Shown here piece by piece: positions 27,501-40,197 of a stretch of 64,000 nucleotides of DNA. The DNA lies in NCBI RefSeq assembly GCF_009914755.1, contig NC_060933.1, one strand, 5' to 3'. How positions within the stretch are numbered: position 1 is the stretch's first letter; each line of letters begins with the position of its first letter. Below the pieces are notes generated by a model. It worked only from the letters and a program-made list of their open reading frames with translations. It was not told the DNA's origin and did no database searches. The stretch is from the human T2T-CHM13v2.0 reference genome, Homo sapiens. The position numbers and the translations under genes are program-made.

Positions 27501-28682
27501 ATAGACACATTATATTAACCAGAAGTTTCATTTCAGGACAGTACAGCGAATGTTAAAATTATTCATGATCAAAGGGGCTGTTTGATTCTAGCATTCATAT
27601 ACAAGTTGCTGATGGAATGGCCCTAGAGCCCAGCCTCCCTCCACAGAGCCCCTGCCTTTGGAAAGATGGTCTGACTGAGGCTCGCCATGCCCTTGCTGCT
27701 TTGCTCTGCAGGGGCTGGGCCGGATCCCCCAGAGCAGCGAGCCCTGGCTGTGTCTCTCCCCCTGTCAAACTTGCCTGGCGGTTTGTTGCTGAGTCTGTCC
27801 TGGCTGAGGCACCTGCTCCCTTCAGAGCATCACACCCAGCCAGTTCCCGGAGGTGGCTGAGTGTTTGCTTTCAGGACATTCAGCAGTACTGGGAAATGTG
27901 TGTTGACACAGGAGATAAGAAGGTCAGATGGGAAGAGAGGAAGGAGGGCTGCCACTGCCCAGCAGGCAGCCAGGAGGCCTGTGGATCCCAAGATTGGGAT
28001 CGATTCCTCGGGTTCATCTCAATATTGTGGGAGGAAAACATAAAGGAGCCCAGAGCCACTTGTTGAGGGCCCTGGAAACTGTCCATATGAAATAGGCACC
28101 AACACTCATCTGTGAACTCTTTGAATATGACAAGGGTAAATTCCCAATTTCCCTTTTCCAGGTATAGAACGCTTAAATGCATTTTCCTGAAGCCCTTCTG
28201 CCTCCATCTACTAGGATGCCCTCCCACCTTCTCACAGAGGCTGCATGGCTGTCACCTTTCCATGTGGCAGCTGAGTTGGGTGTGGGGATCCCCGTTTGAG
28301 AGGCAAAGCTTTTGATGTGCACCAGGGAGCGGACTGATCTGAAGTAGTCGTTTGACTTTGGCAACTGCTTCAGTTTCCTCATGGCAGGTGTGCAGTGGGT
28401 CATGTTTCTTTGTTGATTCTGAATTTAGCTTTGAGAAGAATTCTAGAAGAGGTGATCCAAAGCTATCTGGAATAAAATCCTGGAAAGAAGTGGACAGCTC
28501 TCCCCAGACAACATGATTTTGGTTGTGCAAGTTCTGGTGGTTTTGTGGGGAGACACCAGGCTTAGGGTCACACCATGTGCACATTCTGTATTATTCTGAG
28601 TTGGAAACCATGAGTGCATGCTGCAGCTGGTTGCTATGGAGTCCCGTGGACTGTTGTACTGAGAAAAACTCGGATAGGGAGG

Positions 28683-28805
28683 GTGCATGTGTGCACGTGT
28701 GCCTAAATGCAGTGTGTATGTGTGCCCACATGTGTATGTGTGTTGTGAGCATGTGTGTACAACTGTGTGTTTGTGTTGCATGGGTGCGCATGCCTGTGCA
28801 TGTGC
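28683..28805. repeat. Degenerate (TG)/(TGCA) low-complexity tract
   Basis: Directly visible. Confidence 0.75.
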
Positions 28806-29742
28806 CTGGGGAGGGTCATCAGAGGGGTAGGAAGAGGACAGACAGGCCCCTGGAAGCCCTTTGCAGCAGGCAGTGAGCAGGCAGGATTCACAGGACCTAG
28901 CCTGCCTCTGAGAGGCATTTGGAGGCCTCCCTCTGGGTCTTCTAGGAGCTTCGGTAAGCTGTGGACACATCTATTCCAGTTTGAGAGAGATGGGAGCAGA
29001 TGAGACTTGATGTGTTCCTGTGTGTGTTTGCAACTCCTTGCATCATCCAGTGACAAGCAGACCCCTGCAATGGTGGCTGAGCAGTGGGGCCTCAGGGAGA
29101 CCCCACCCTTCCTTGAGGATGGTGTTGTGCCCACTTTCTGTGCCCATGGACCTTCACCTGCACCCCTTTGGAGCCAAACGGCATTTGGGCCTGGGAATTT
29201 TTTGGATTATAGTGTGGATACCACATACCCTACACCACCCCTTGAGGTGTGGGGAGCACCCTGTAAGCAAATGGGTTAGTGTTTCGTAGCGAAACCAAAT
29301 CAGGTAAATAAAGACTCACAGGCATTCAGGTCAAGCTTGGCCTCCAAATGAGTTATGGAACAATGGTCAGTTCTCAAAGTTTATTGGGTTTTGAGTGACT
29401 GCTTAGCAATTGCTGACCTGCAAAAGTCAACAAACTCAGTTGACTGAACAAACCAAGTTGACTGAACAAACCCAGTTGACCCAAAAGTCAGGCCCCTTCT
29501 TGGTCACAGGGCTTGGCTCTGCTTGCAGATAGGCCCTGTGCCATCAAGCAGGGGCTGGGTAGGGGACCTAAAGGCCAGCACCAGAGGTGGATGCTACTGG
29601 AAAGAGACCTGGGGTGGGAGGGATCTGAGGATGAGCTGCTTGGCCCAGGTCCAGCCTCTGCTGAGGTGAATCATTCCTTGGATAGTCTGCAGCCCCCAGG
29701 AAGGTTGGGTGGGGGCAACAGCCAGGATGGCCAAGGGATTGA

Positions 29743-30095
<353 letters not shown>

Positions 30096-30719
30096 TCATC
30101 TGGTTGGCCCAGTAAGTGCTCTGGGATAAGAAAGGGGTGGCTCCTTTGTCCCTTGTCACGCTGCCCTTTGCCCCAGTGGACCCAGCAGAGGCTGGACCTG
30201 GGCCAAGCAGCCCATGCTCAGGGTCAGGGGCAAAGGGGGAAGACAAGAAGGGGAGCTTCCCTGCATAGCGCCCTGGCAGGTAAGGAGGCCACAGATGTGA
30301 GGGTTCTGTGAGTCCTGTCACTAGGAACACTGGCGCCAGCTGTCCTGCATCCTGAGTGTGTGGGGCTGTGGGGATCCATCGTCCCACCTACAGTCCTGAG
30401 GGGAGCCTCCAGGTTTAGGGCTGTTCAAGGCCCTCCTAAATCTCAGATTGGGTTTCCTATCTACCCGGAAGAAAGAGCGCTAGATTTAGCTTTAAATCAA
30501 ATTAAACAGGAATAACAAAATGTGATGTGTTTGGCCTAAGATTTATACTCCTTATGTCCACCACCTTAGCCCTTCTGGAGAGACAGAGGCACCTAGGCTC
30601 AGACATGTGGAGGGTAGATGGTCACAGGCAGGAGCCCCTGGCCAGAGTAGCCTCTAGAGATGCTCCTCATCATCCCTTCTGGGATTTGTTTTTTCCTAGT
30701 TGGAGATTAAAAAAAAAAC

Positions 30720-31200
30720 AAACTTGAAAAATAATTCTGAAATGAACTATACACACAAAAGAGTATCTGTAACTTACATATACATAGAAAATAGCAATAA
30801 TAAACGAAGACACACCCAGATTAGCAGTTTGAACGTTACCCAGACCTCTAAATGGTCCCATAACATTCTTCTTCTTTTTCCCACTTTCATTGCAATAACC
30901 ACTGGCCCGGATTATGTGTTAATCATTACCTTGTCTTGTTTAAAGTTTTACTGTAAATGTGTGAGTTGTCAAGCAATAGATAGCTAAATTTTATCTGTTT
31001 TTGAACATTTGTAAATAAAGTTATACAGTATAAATTTGGTGACTTGCTTTTTTTCTGCTCATGAGATGCATGCATGATGAGGCATATACCTGTTGGTCAG
31101 TCATTTCACAGTGCTCCCTTGCAGGAATTATTCGCCTGGTTTCGGGCTTTTGCTACTGCAAACAATGCCCATCTGACTATTCCCTTAAGGGCACAGGTCC
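30720..31200 (-). mobile_element. Old L1ME-like fragments
   Basis: TTTTTGAACATTTGTAAATAAAGTTATACAGTATA and TTTGCTACTGCAAACAATGC motifs. Confidence 0.55.
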
Positions 31201-31399
31201 CTAAGCGTGATGGCTGTGATTCAAATTCTGCCTCCCAGCACCTGCCTGTGTGGCCTTCTAGGGTCCAGGGTCATCCTTTTTAAAATGAAGATAATAATAC
31301 TACATGCACCAGCAGGCTCTAAGGAGGACTAAGAGAGTGAATTCAGGTAAAGCATTTAACATGGTACCTCACACAGGATCAGTTTAAAGGTTAGATATA

Positions 31400-32395
31400 A
31401 TGATAGTAATGGTGGTAGTCATGATAGTGGTGATGGTGGTGGTGGTGATGATGGTGGAGACGGTGGTGGTGGTTGTGGCGGAGATAGTGGTAATGATGGT
31501 GATGATGGTGGTAATGATGGTGATGGTGGTGGTGATGGAGATGGTTGTGATGATGATGATGGTGGTGATGCTGGTGGTGGTGGTGGTGATGGAGATGGTG
31601 GTGATGACGGTGATGGTGGTGGTGGTGGTGGTGATGGAGATGGTGGTGATGATGGTGATGGTGGTGATGATGGTGGTGGTGGTGGTGGTGATGGAGATGG
31701 TGGTGATGATGGTGATGGTGGTGATGATGGTGGTGGTGGTGATGGAGATGGTGGTGATGATGGTGATGGTGGTGGTGATGGTGGTGGTGGTGGTGGTGAT
31801 GGAGATGGTGATGATGGTGATGGTGGTGATGATGGTGGTGGTGGTGATGATGGTGATGGTGGTGGTGATGGTGGTGGTGGTGGTGGTGATGGAGATGGTG
31901 ATGATGGTGATGGTGGTGATGGTGGTGGTGGTGGTGATGGAGATGGTGGTGATGATGGTGGTGATGATGGTGGTGGTGGTGATGGAGATGGTGGTGATGA
32001 TGGTGATGGTGGTGGTGATGGTGGTGGTGGTGGTGGTGATGGAGATGGTGATGATGGTGATGGTGGTGATGATGGTGGTGGTGGTGATGGAGATGGTGGT
32101 GATGATGGTGATGGTGGTGATGATGGTGGTGGTGGTGGTGATGGAGATGGTGGTGATGATGGTGATGGTGGTGGTGATGGTGGTGGTGGTGGTGGCGGTG
32201 ATGGAGATGGTGGTGATGATGGTGATGGTGGTGATGATGGTGGTGGTGGTGATGGAGATGGTGGTGATGATGGTGATGGTGGTGATGGTGGTGGTGGTGG
32301 TGATGGAGATGGTGGTGATGATGGTGATGGTGGTGGTGATGGTGGTTATGGTGGTGATGGTGGTGGTGATGGTGGTGGTGGTGGTGATGTTGATG
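31400..32395. repeat. ~1 kb imperfect (GGT/GAT)n triplet repeat
   Basis: In-register GGT/GAT triplets with periodic GGA; gives the poly-His and poly-Met/Val ORFs in the track. Confidence 0.97.
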
Positions 32396-32409
32396 ACAAC
32401 TCCTTGGGT

Positions 32410-32760
32410 ACTTATTTGGAAACAGAGTCTTTGCAGACACGGTCAAGTTAAAATGAGATCATGAGGGTGCACCCTAATCCTAAATGACTGGTTCAGGTGT
32501 CCTTATAAAAAAGACAATTTTGAGACACAGGCACACAGGAAGAATTTCATTCGAACATGCAGGCAGAGATCTATAAGCTAAGGAACACTAATGATGGCCA
32601 GCAAACCACCAGACGCTTAGAAAGAGGCCTGGGTCTCAGCCTCAGAAACCAGCCCTGCCGATGCCTTGATCTCAGACTTCTGGCTTCCGGAATAAACTTC
32701 CCCTGTATAAGCCACTCAGTCTGTGAAAGTTTGTTATGGCAGCCCTAGCAAATGGACACA
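32410..32760 (+). mobile_element. MLT1B/C-like LTR (5' part missing)
   Basis: TTATTTGGAAACAGAGTCTTTGCAGA, GTGTCCTTATAAAA, TTTGTTATGGCAGCCCTAGCAAA. Confidence 0.85.
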
Positions 32761-32845
32761 AAAAGCACAGAAAGAGAATTCCTCTCAAATGGAAATGTTC
32801 CTACCATTGTCAAGAGATTGATTTTTAAAAATATCATTTTATGTG

Positions 32846-33141
<296 letters not shown>

Positions 33142-33355
33142 TTATGTGCTATTACATTTTTCTTAAAAGATTTATACTACTTTGACACTCAGTGTTATAA
33201 AAGGGAAATCCAGAAGAAAACACTTTAGGTAGAATTTGATGATGGCCAGTGTGGGCAGAGTCCATATAATTCTGTCTGCGGCACGCAGTGGCTCTTGAAG
33301 ACGCCATAATACAGATGCTGCACAAAGGCCACTACTTCCTGTTGCTTTACTGTAG

Positions 33356-33585
33356 GAATTAAGACATTGAAGGAACTGCTGCTGCCAGCAAGAGAGGCTG
33401 TTGCAAGAAAGAAAGGCTGCTGCAAGAAACGCAAGAAAGGCTGCTGCCAGCATTGCATTTCTGTCAAGAAGCTGCCCCGCAAAATTTATGGATGTATCGC
33501 TGTATGCACCTAATAGCAAGCTCTACTGGATGAATGGCTTATAAAGATCTCCCCTGAATAAAATTGTGGTTTTTAACTTTAGAAG
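33356..33585 (+). ncRNA. Candidate terminal lncRNA exon
   Basis: Acceptor CTTCCTGTTGCTTTACTGTAG|G; AATAAA 33557-33562 then TTGTGGTTTTT. Confidence 0.5.
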
Positions 33586-34189
33586 AACAATGTCAATTCT
33601 CTCTGCATCCTTTATGGGAGCCTCAGCATGTGTTCAGCACTGGTATTTATTCTATATGACTGCTTGTTAAGCAACAGGCTGAATTAAAATGGGAAAGCTC
33701 ACCGAGGAGTTTTCTTGAAATACTGCTTTTCTAGCAAGGAGAACATAGAAGATGGTGAGGCAGCCGCAGCTGGAGTGCTGACTGCCCAGAAGCAGAGGGG
33801 CAAAATGCACTCCAGTATGGATTTTGGTCATTGAGGCCTTGCTGAGAGCATGCCCCAGGCTGGGTTCACTTTTGCCTGAAGGGGCTGCAGCAGAATGAAA
33901 ACTCAACTGTGCAAAACAAAACACTCAAATTTTAAAAAGCACAAGATTCTGCTGGGATCATCTGGCAGCAGGGGCAGCAGGAAAGACGTAATAGAGATTT
34001 CAAAGCAGGCTGAGGAGGAGGACAGGGCATTCCAGCCTCTGTGGTTCAGCAATCTCACCACTCCACAACCGACGGTGGCTTTCCAGGTATGCAGATTTGA
34101 AGGGTGCCCTTCCATGGAGGGTGATCGAGGTCTGCTAATGCCATTGCTCTGTGGGTGTCATAGTGAGTGCAAGTGCCTTGGCCAGTGTG

Positions 34190-35350
34190 CACATCCCAAG
34201 TGTGATTAACTGAATGTTCCTGTCCCCAGTATGTACATACTCCTGGTTCCTCCAGTGTGAACAGCCCCACAGTGTGCACATTCCCTTAGTGTGCACATGC
34301 CTCCAGTGTAAACATCCCTCCAGTGTGCACATCCCCATAGTGAGCACATTCCTCCTGGTGTATACATCCCCCCAGTGTGAACATCCCCCCAGTGTACACA
34401 TTCCCCCAGTGTACACATCCCCCCGGTGTGCACATCCCCCCAGTGTGTACATCCCCGCAGTGTACACATTCCCCCAGTGTGTACACATCCCCCCAGTGCA
34501 CACATCCCCCCAGTATACACATCCCCCCAGTGCACAAATCCCCCCAGTGCACACATCCCCCCAGTGTACACATCCCCCCAGTGTACACATCCCCTCAGTG
34601 CACATCCCCCCAGTGCACACATCCCCCCAGTGTGCACATCCCCCCAGTGTGTACCTCCCCCAGTGTGCACATTCCCCCAGTGTGCACATCCCCCCAGTGT
34701 ATACATCCTCCCAGTGCACACATCCCCCCAGTGTGTACATCCCCCCAGTGTACACATCCCCCCAGTGTGTACATCCCCCCAGTGCACACATCCCCCCAGT
34801 GTATACATCTACCCAGTGTGCACATCCCCTCTGTGTGCACACCTTCCTAGTGTGCACATCCCCCCAGTGCACACATCCCCCCAGTGTATACATCTACCCA
34901 GTGTGCACATCCCCTCTGTGTGCACACCTTCCTAGTGTGCACATCCCTCCAGTGTGCATGACCCCCAGTATGCACACCCCAAGTGTACAGATGCCCCCAG
35001 GATACACGTTCCCTCAGTGTGCACACCCTGCAGTGTACACATTCTCTTAGTATACACATTCTTCCAGTGTGCATGTCCTTCTAGTATGCATGCCCCCAAG
35101 TGTACACATGCCTCCAGTGTACACATTAGCCCAGTGTTCATGCCCCCAGTCTGCACATCTCCTAGTGCACATCCCCTAGTATGCACATCTCCTCAATGTA
35201 CACACGCCTAGAGTGCATGCCTAGTGTACACACGCCTAGTGTGCATATCCTCCTAGTGTGCCCTTTCTTAGCATTTACACCCCAGTGTGTACATCCAGTA
35301 CACATGGTGCGCACAGCCCCCAGTGAGCAATCCTTCCCCCAGTGTGCACA
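34190..35350. repeat. Minisatellite/VNTR, 16-17 bp unit CCCCC(C)AGTGTRCACAT
   Basis: Dozens of tandem units, homogeneous core ~34360-34950, degenerate flanks. Confidence 0.97.
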
Positions 35351-37614
35351 TGCTCCAGTGTCAACAGCCCCTGGCCAGCCTTGTCCAAGGCATCTCTGCA
35401 GGCTCAGCCTATGTAGGCACATGAGGACAATGCAGCAGAGTCAGAAGCTGCCTGTGCTGAGATGATGATAAGGACACGATGCGGAGCACATGGCCCCCGC
35501 TCTCAAGCACCTTCTAGTCCCTGGGGTCAGAGTGCTTAGAATGGGGAAGGCTGCTGGACAGGGCTGAGGGGGTCTTAGCTGAGTGAAGATGCTCCATCAG
35601 TGAGGGCTCCTATGGGGACTGAGAAGGCAGCGCTCCCCTCACTCTGGGTCAGCTGATCTGGTGAGTTCATTGCACAGGGCTTCGGGGACAGGGCGGTGTT
35701 GCTCATGCTGCTGATGGGAGGAGTCCTGGGCTTGCAGCGCCTGCCTTCCCCGCCCAGCAGGCAGCTCGGAGTTCTGCCCAGCAACCAGGCCCCCTCCATC
35801 TGCCGTCTGGGATAATGAGCTGACCCTGAGGCTGCTGGCACAAGCCCACTTTGTGTCTTCTATTCACTGGGATTACCTTTCAGCTTCCCATTGTTCTTTG
35901 CTAATGGCCTTAAAACATGCCTGCCTGTTACCTTCCCTAGCCCTGCTGGCTGCTGGAGGAAAGCCTCATCTCCTCCAACTTGAAAGGCCTCCTCCACTCC
36001 ATCCTGGCCTGGGCGGGTGGTAGGAATGCCAGCCTGGGCACAGGGATGTAAGCCGGCCACCCAGCCTTCAGCTGCAGCCATTAGCCAGGCCTCAAGTGTC
36101 ACAATATTTTATGGGACGCCTCTCCCCGCCCTTGGTGAACTGGCCGGGTTGCCACATGGCCCAGCTTCTGTGCTTTCCAAGCCCTGCCTCCACTGAGAGC
36201 GTGGCTGTCCCCGTGTCTGGACAGATGGCTGAGGTGGGCTGGAGACTGCTGGCCTCTGGCCCTGGCAGGAGCTCATTCACTGTGATTATCCAGTCGTCAC
36301 CCTGCAAGGGCAGAGGGGACAGGGCAGCAGTGGCTGCATTGACTTTTAACCCTTTCCAGAGTGAAGGGCTGGATCCTTGGGGGAAAGAATTCATCCAAAT
36401 TGGACGAGCCCTTCACACTCGGCCTCATTATTATCCACGCGTGCAGCAAAATGGGGGAGCCAAATGTCTCCAGTTATTTACACTGCATCTGGCAAAAAGA
36501 TAATTCGCTTCTTTTGGAGGCGTTTGAAAGCTCAACCGTAGTGGGCTTTCACCTAATGCAACCATCAGCATTAAGATGAAGCAGCATATGACAGCGTTAT
36601 TAAAACATGGCCACTCATTTCCTTTTTGCTTAGCTTTAGAGATGATGAAAACATACAGTGATTCCTTGTTTGAAAAGGAAATGTCAAAGAACAGATGCTA
36701 TCAGGGTCTGATTTATAAAAGTGTGGGCTTTTATAAAGTGTCCAGGTCTCCTGGGCAGCATCTTTAGGGGACTACTGGACACAGCTCAGGGGGCTGACCC
36801 CCTGGCCACTGCCAAGCTACAACCTTCTCAAGGCCCTGAGTCACAGAAGACAGTCTGCGGGTGGCAGTGTCTGTCGCCCGTGTGTGCACATGTGTGCCTG
36901 CTCCTGTACAGGGCCCCGGCACGCGTCTCAGACGGGCTGCCGGCTTTGTTGTTGGAGGCGCAGGCTTCTCCAGATTGGCTGGTCTTCAAAGCAATGACAT
37001 GCCGTGTCAGATCTGCCATAGTCCAGGCACGTGGCAGGCGTCCAGCATGCAAATGAGTCGGACGCTTTGCACTGGCCTGGAGCGCCCTAGACAGCCGCCC
37101 CACACCCCTGGGAGGCCCAGCAGGTGCCCGCGAGGCAGGTGTGCAGCTCGCCATATGCTCTGCTGAGCGTCGGGTTTCTGCCAGCATCTTTCAATGACCT
37201 ACCAGGTGAGATAAAGTGAGTGGAAAGGGGCCCGTGCCAACCTGTGGCTGCACAGGCCACTTCTGGGTAGGGACAGCCCTGAAACCTGGGCAGGGCAGGC
37301 AGAGGAGGGACAAATGTCAGGGTGGATAATTGCTTTAAAAATCCCCTGCATTTTAGAAACAGGGAAGGTTTATGGCTAAATTAGATATATACCTTCCAAA
37401 TGCACTGTCTGTCTCTGCAGAGCCCAGATTTGGAGCTGGAAGCCTAAGATAGGGCCCCAACTTTTCTCCCCGTCATGGCCACCTGGGGAGCCTTAAAAAT
37501 CCCCATGCTCAGGCTGCTATCAGAGCAGTTAAATCAGACACTCTGGAAGTAGAACCCAGGCATCTGAATTTTTTGTTTCTCATGTGATTCAAAGTTTGAA
37601 AACCCATCATTTAG

Positions 37615-37805
37615 AGCTGTGCTGTCTAATGCAATAGCCACCAGCCAGATGTGGCTATCTTAATTTAAATGTATTAGCATTTTTAAAAGTTAGTCTGTTA
37701 CATGTGCAAGCTACATTTCAAGTGCTCAGTGGTTGTGCTGAACAGTGCAGACCCTGTTCAGAGAACCTTCTCATTATTGCAGAAAGTTCCATGGAGCAGT
37801 GTGCT
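37615..37805. mobile_element. MER3-like hAT-Charlie MITE (MER5-like fragment just upstream)
   Basis: GCTGTCTAAT..AATAGCCACCAGCCAGATGTGGCTA; ATTGCAGAAAGTTCCATGGA. Confidence 0.7.
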
Positions 37806-39629
37806 GTGGAGGGTCCTTTCAGCCCCTTGTCCTCCCTCCCTGAGAAGGTGACCTGCCTTGCTCCGGGGCACATTGGCAGTGCAGGGCAGTACTGTGCTAT
37901 TCTATTCTCATGCCCTAATGCCTTAGGCTGCTGGGGGCACAGGTGTGCCCAGAGAAAGGCTCCAGAAAATCAAGCTACCACGTGCTTTTCAGCAAAGACT
38001 CAGCATGCAAAAATGAGGTGTCCCCCAAACACCTTCATGGAGCCCCCTCCCGGGTGCCAGGCCAACTTTGGTTGACTTCGGTAATGTGTATTTCCATGAC
38101 ATCCTCTTGTCCCCTGGTCATGCATGCCGGAGTCCCAAAAAGCATGGATGTTCCTAAACAGCCCCCTGAGCCCTGCCTTCATGAATGTCAGCGTGGGGGG
38201 CTCCGGCAGGCCCACGTGGGCATGTGCCGGTGAGTGTGAAGCCTCTGTCTGCCTGTCTGGGTCCCCTGTAATTCATCAGATGCATGTTTGTAACAAAAGG
38301 ATCATGCCACACGCCAGGGATCTTTGAAACTGAAAGTTTGGTTCTTAAATGAGCCCAACTGCAAACCAAATGGTGTGTGGAGTGCTGAACGGGTGGGGAC
38401 AAAAATCGTGGTGGAGGAGGTGGCTTTTCTAGCAGGGCAGCATTTCACAGCACGTGCTGCCAACTGTTGCAAAAAGAAAAAAAAAATCCTAAGAAGAAGA
38501 AAGAGAGAGGGAAATGTACATATTCCTGCAGCCCTGCAAGTGCCCTTTCTTCTTCATTGTTCTCTGGAGCAGGCAGCAGGCCCGGCCAACAGCTGTGCAT
38601 TGCGTGTATCACTAACAGCTGCTTTTTCCTGGGGTGAAATTAAAAGATTAGGGGATATGGGCACGTGCTGGCCTCAGGAGCCCAAACAATGCTTGATTTA
38701 GGGTGAAACTTGTCTGGGGAGACTGACAAAGGAGGAGGCTCCGAGTTGGCCAGGGGTCAAAGAGGGGAGCTGGCTTTGACAGAGACAAAAGGAGGGAGGG
38801 GGTGGGAGGCAGAGGGCTAGGGGAGCCAGGCCAAGTGAAAAGAGGCCTCGCAGCAGCTGCTCCTGCCCCAGAAATTTGAGACGGGTCTTTTCACAAACAC
38901 AAATGCCTGAGAAGAATAGGGGGCCACGCTTAGCTGAAATGGCTCGTTTGCAAATGAAAAGGAGATTGGGAGCCCTTACATTTTCCAAGTTTTCACCTAA
39001 GAGGATGGAAAATGATTAGTGTAGGCAAGAAGTGTGCAGAGGAGCAGATGGGCCAGCCACCCTGGAGCTGCACTCTGTGTTTACATAACAATCATGCCCA
39101 CTGCCGGGGTGCAGAAGCCCAGGCCCCCTAAATGTCCAGCAAGGACACTGGCACCCCGGAATTCGATCAGTGCAGTTCCAGCTGGGACTCCACAGGACGT
39201 CTTTGCTACAGCGTGTGTGGATATTAATTTATGTGCTGGATAAATTAAATACACTTATAACCATGAAGCGGCAAGGTGATTGCAGCAGGAGGCAGGCTGG
39301 CAGACAGCACGCCGGTGTGGTTGTTGTCCCTTGGCAGGATGCCTGACTTCCCAGACTTGCTGTTTCTTCTTGGCCCCTGCTGAGAACATTGGAGGAGAAC
39401 CCCTGGCCTGCACTTCACCGTGTGTGACGAAAAGGGTTTTAACCATGAGCAAACACAGGGTTGGAAGCCAGTCCCCCAAATCAGGCAGCACAGAAGGAGG
39501 ATAGCAATAGCCATCTTAGTAGGAAAAGCACCTGCCACACCTCAGGAGCTTCCCATGTGCCTGGTGGGGTCCCACAGCAGCTTCGTGGGTTTGCAAGGGT
39601 GCCCAGAGGGCAGCGAGGCCTCGATTCTA

Positions 39630-40197
39630 GAAATATTCCTGACAAAAATGCACGACCTGAGATAATCTTGAGAAAACATCTGACAAACCTACATGACCTC
39701 TGCTCTGAGTTGGATGCCAGGGTCCTGGAAGACAGAAATTTTGGAGACAGAGAGGCAGGCCAGCTGCGAGCAGCACACACTTGGGATGCTCTTCTGTGGT
39801 AAAAGGCATTGTCGAAACAACCGGCAAAATCGGAATCAGTTCTGCAGATTAGACAATACAATTGCATCCATGTTCATTTCCAGGGTTTTAGGACTGTACC
39901 GTGGTTACATAATAGAATGTCTCTGATTTTTTTTTAGAAAATAAACAGTAAATATTCAGAAGTAAAGAAGCATCATGCCTACAACTGACTCCCATATGGT
40001 TCAGAAAAAAATTACAACTCTCTCTCCTCTCTCTCTCTACATATATCTACATTAAGGGGTGGCGGAGGAAGAGAGAAGGCAAAAATGGTACAACGTCAAC
40101 ATTTGGGAAATCCGGGTGAAGATTATGGCCATTCTTTGTACTGTTCTTGCAACCTTTTTTCTAAGTCTGAAATTATGTCAAAATACAAATGTTAAAA
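39630..40197 (+). mobile_element. L1MC/ME 3' end
   Basis: GAAAACATCTGACAAACC; ATTCTTTGTACTGTTCTTGCAACC..TAAGTCTGAAATTATGTCAAAATA. Confidence 0.7.

Noticed and set aside
31391-32464. 351-aa poly-His and 354-aa Met/Val ORFs as genes
   Set aside because: Direct translation of a simple triplet repeat; no independent coding evidence.
34135-35465. Cys/His/Gly-rich repetitive ORFs (zinc-finger or keratin-associated-like look)
   Set aside because: Products of a 16-17 bp minisatellite that drifts between frames.
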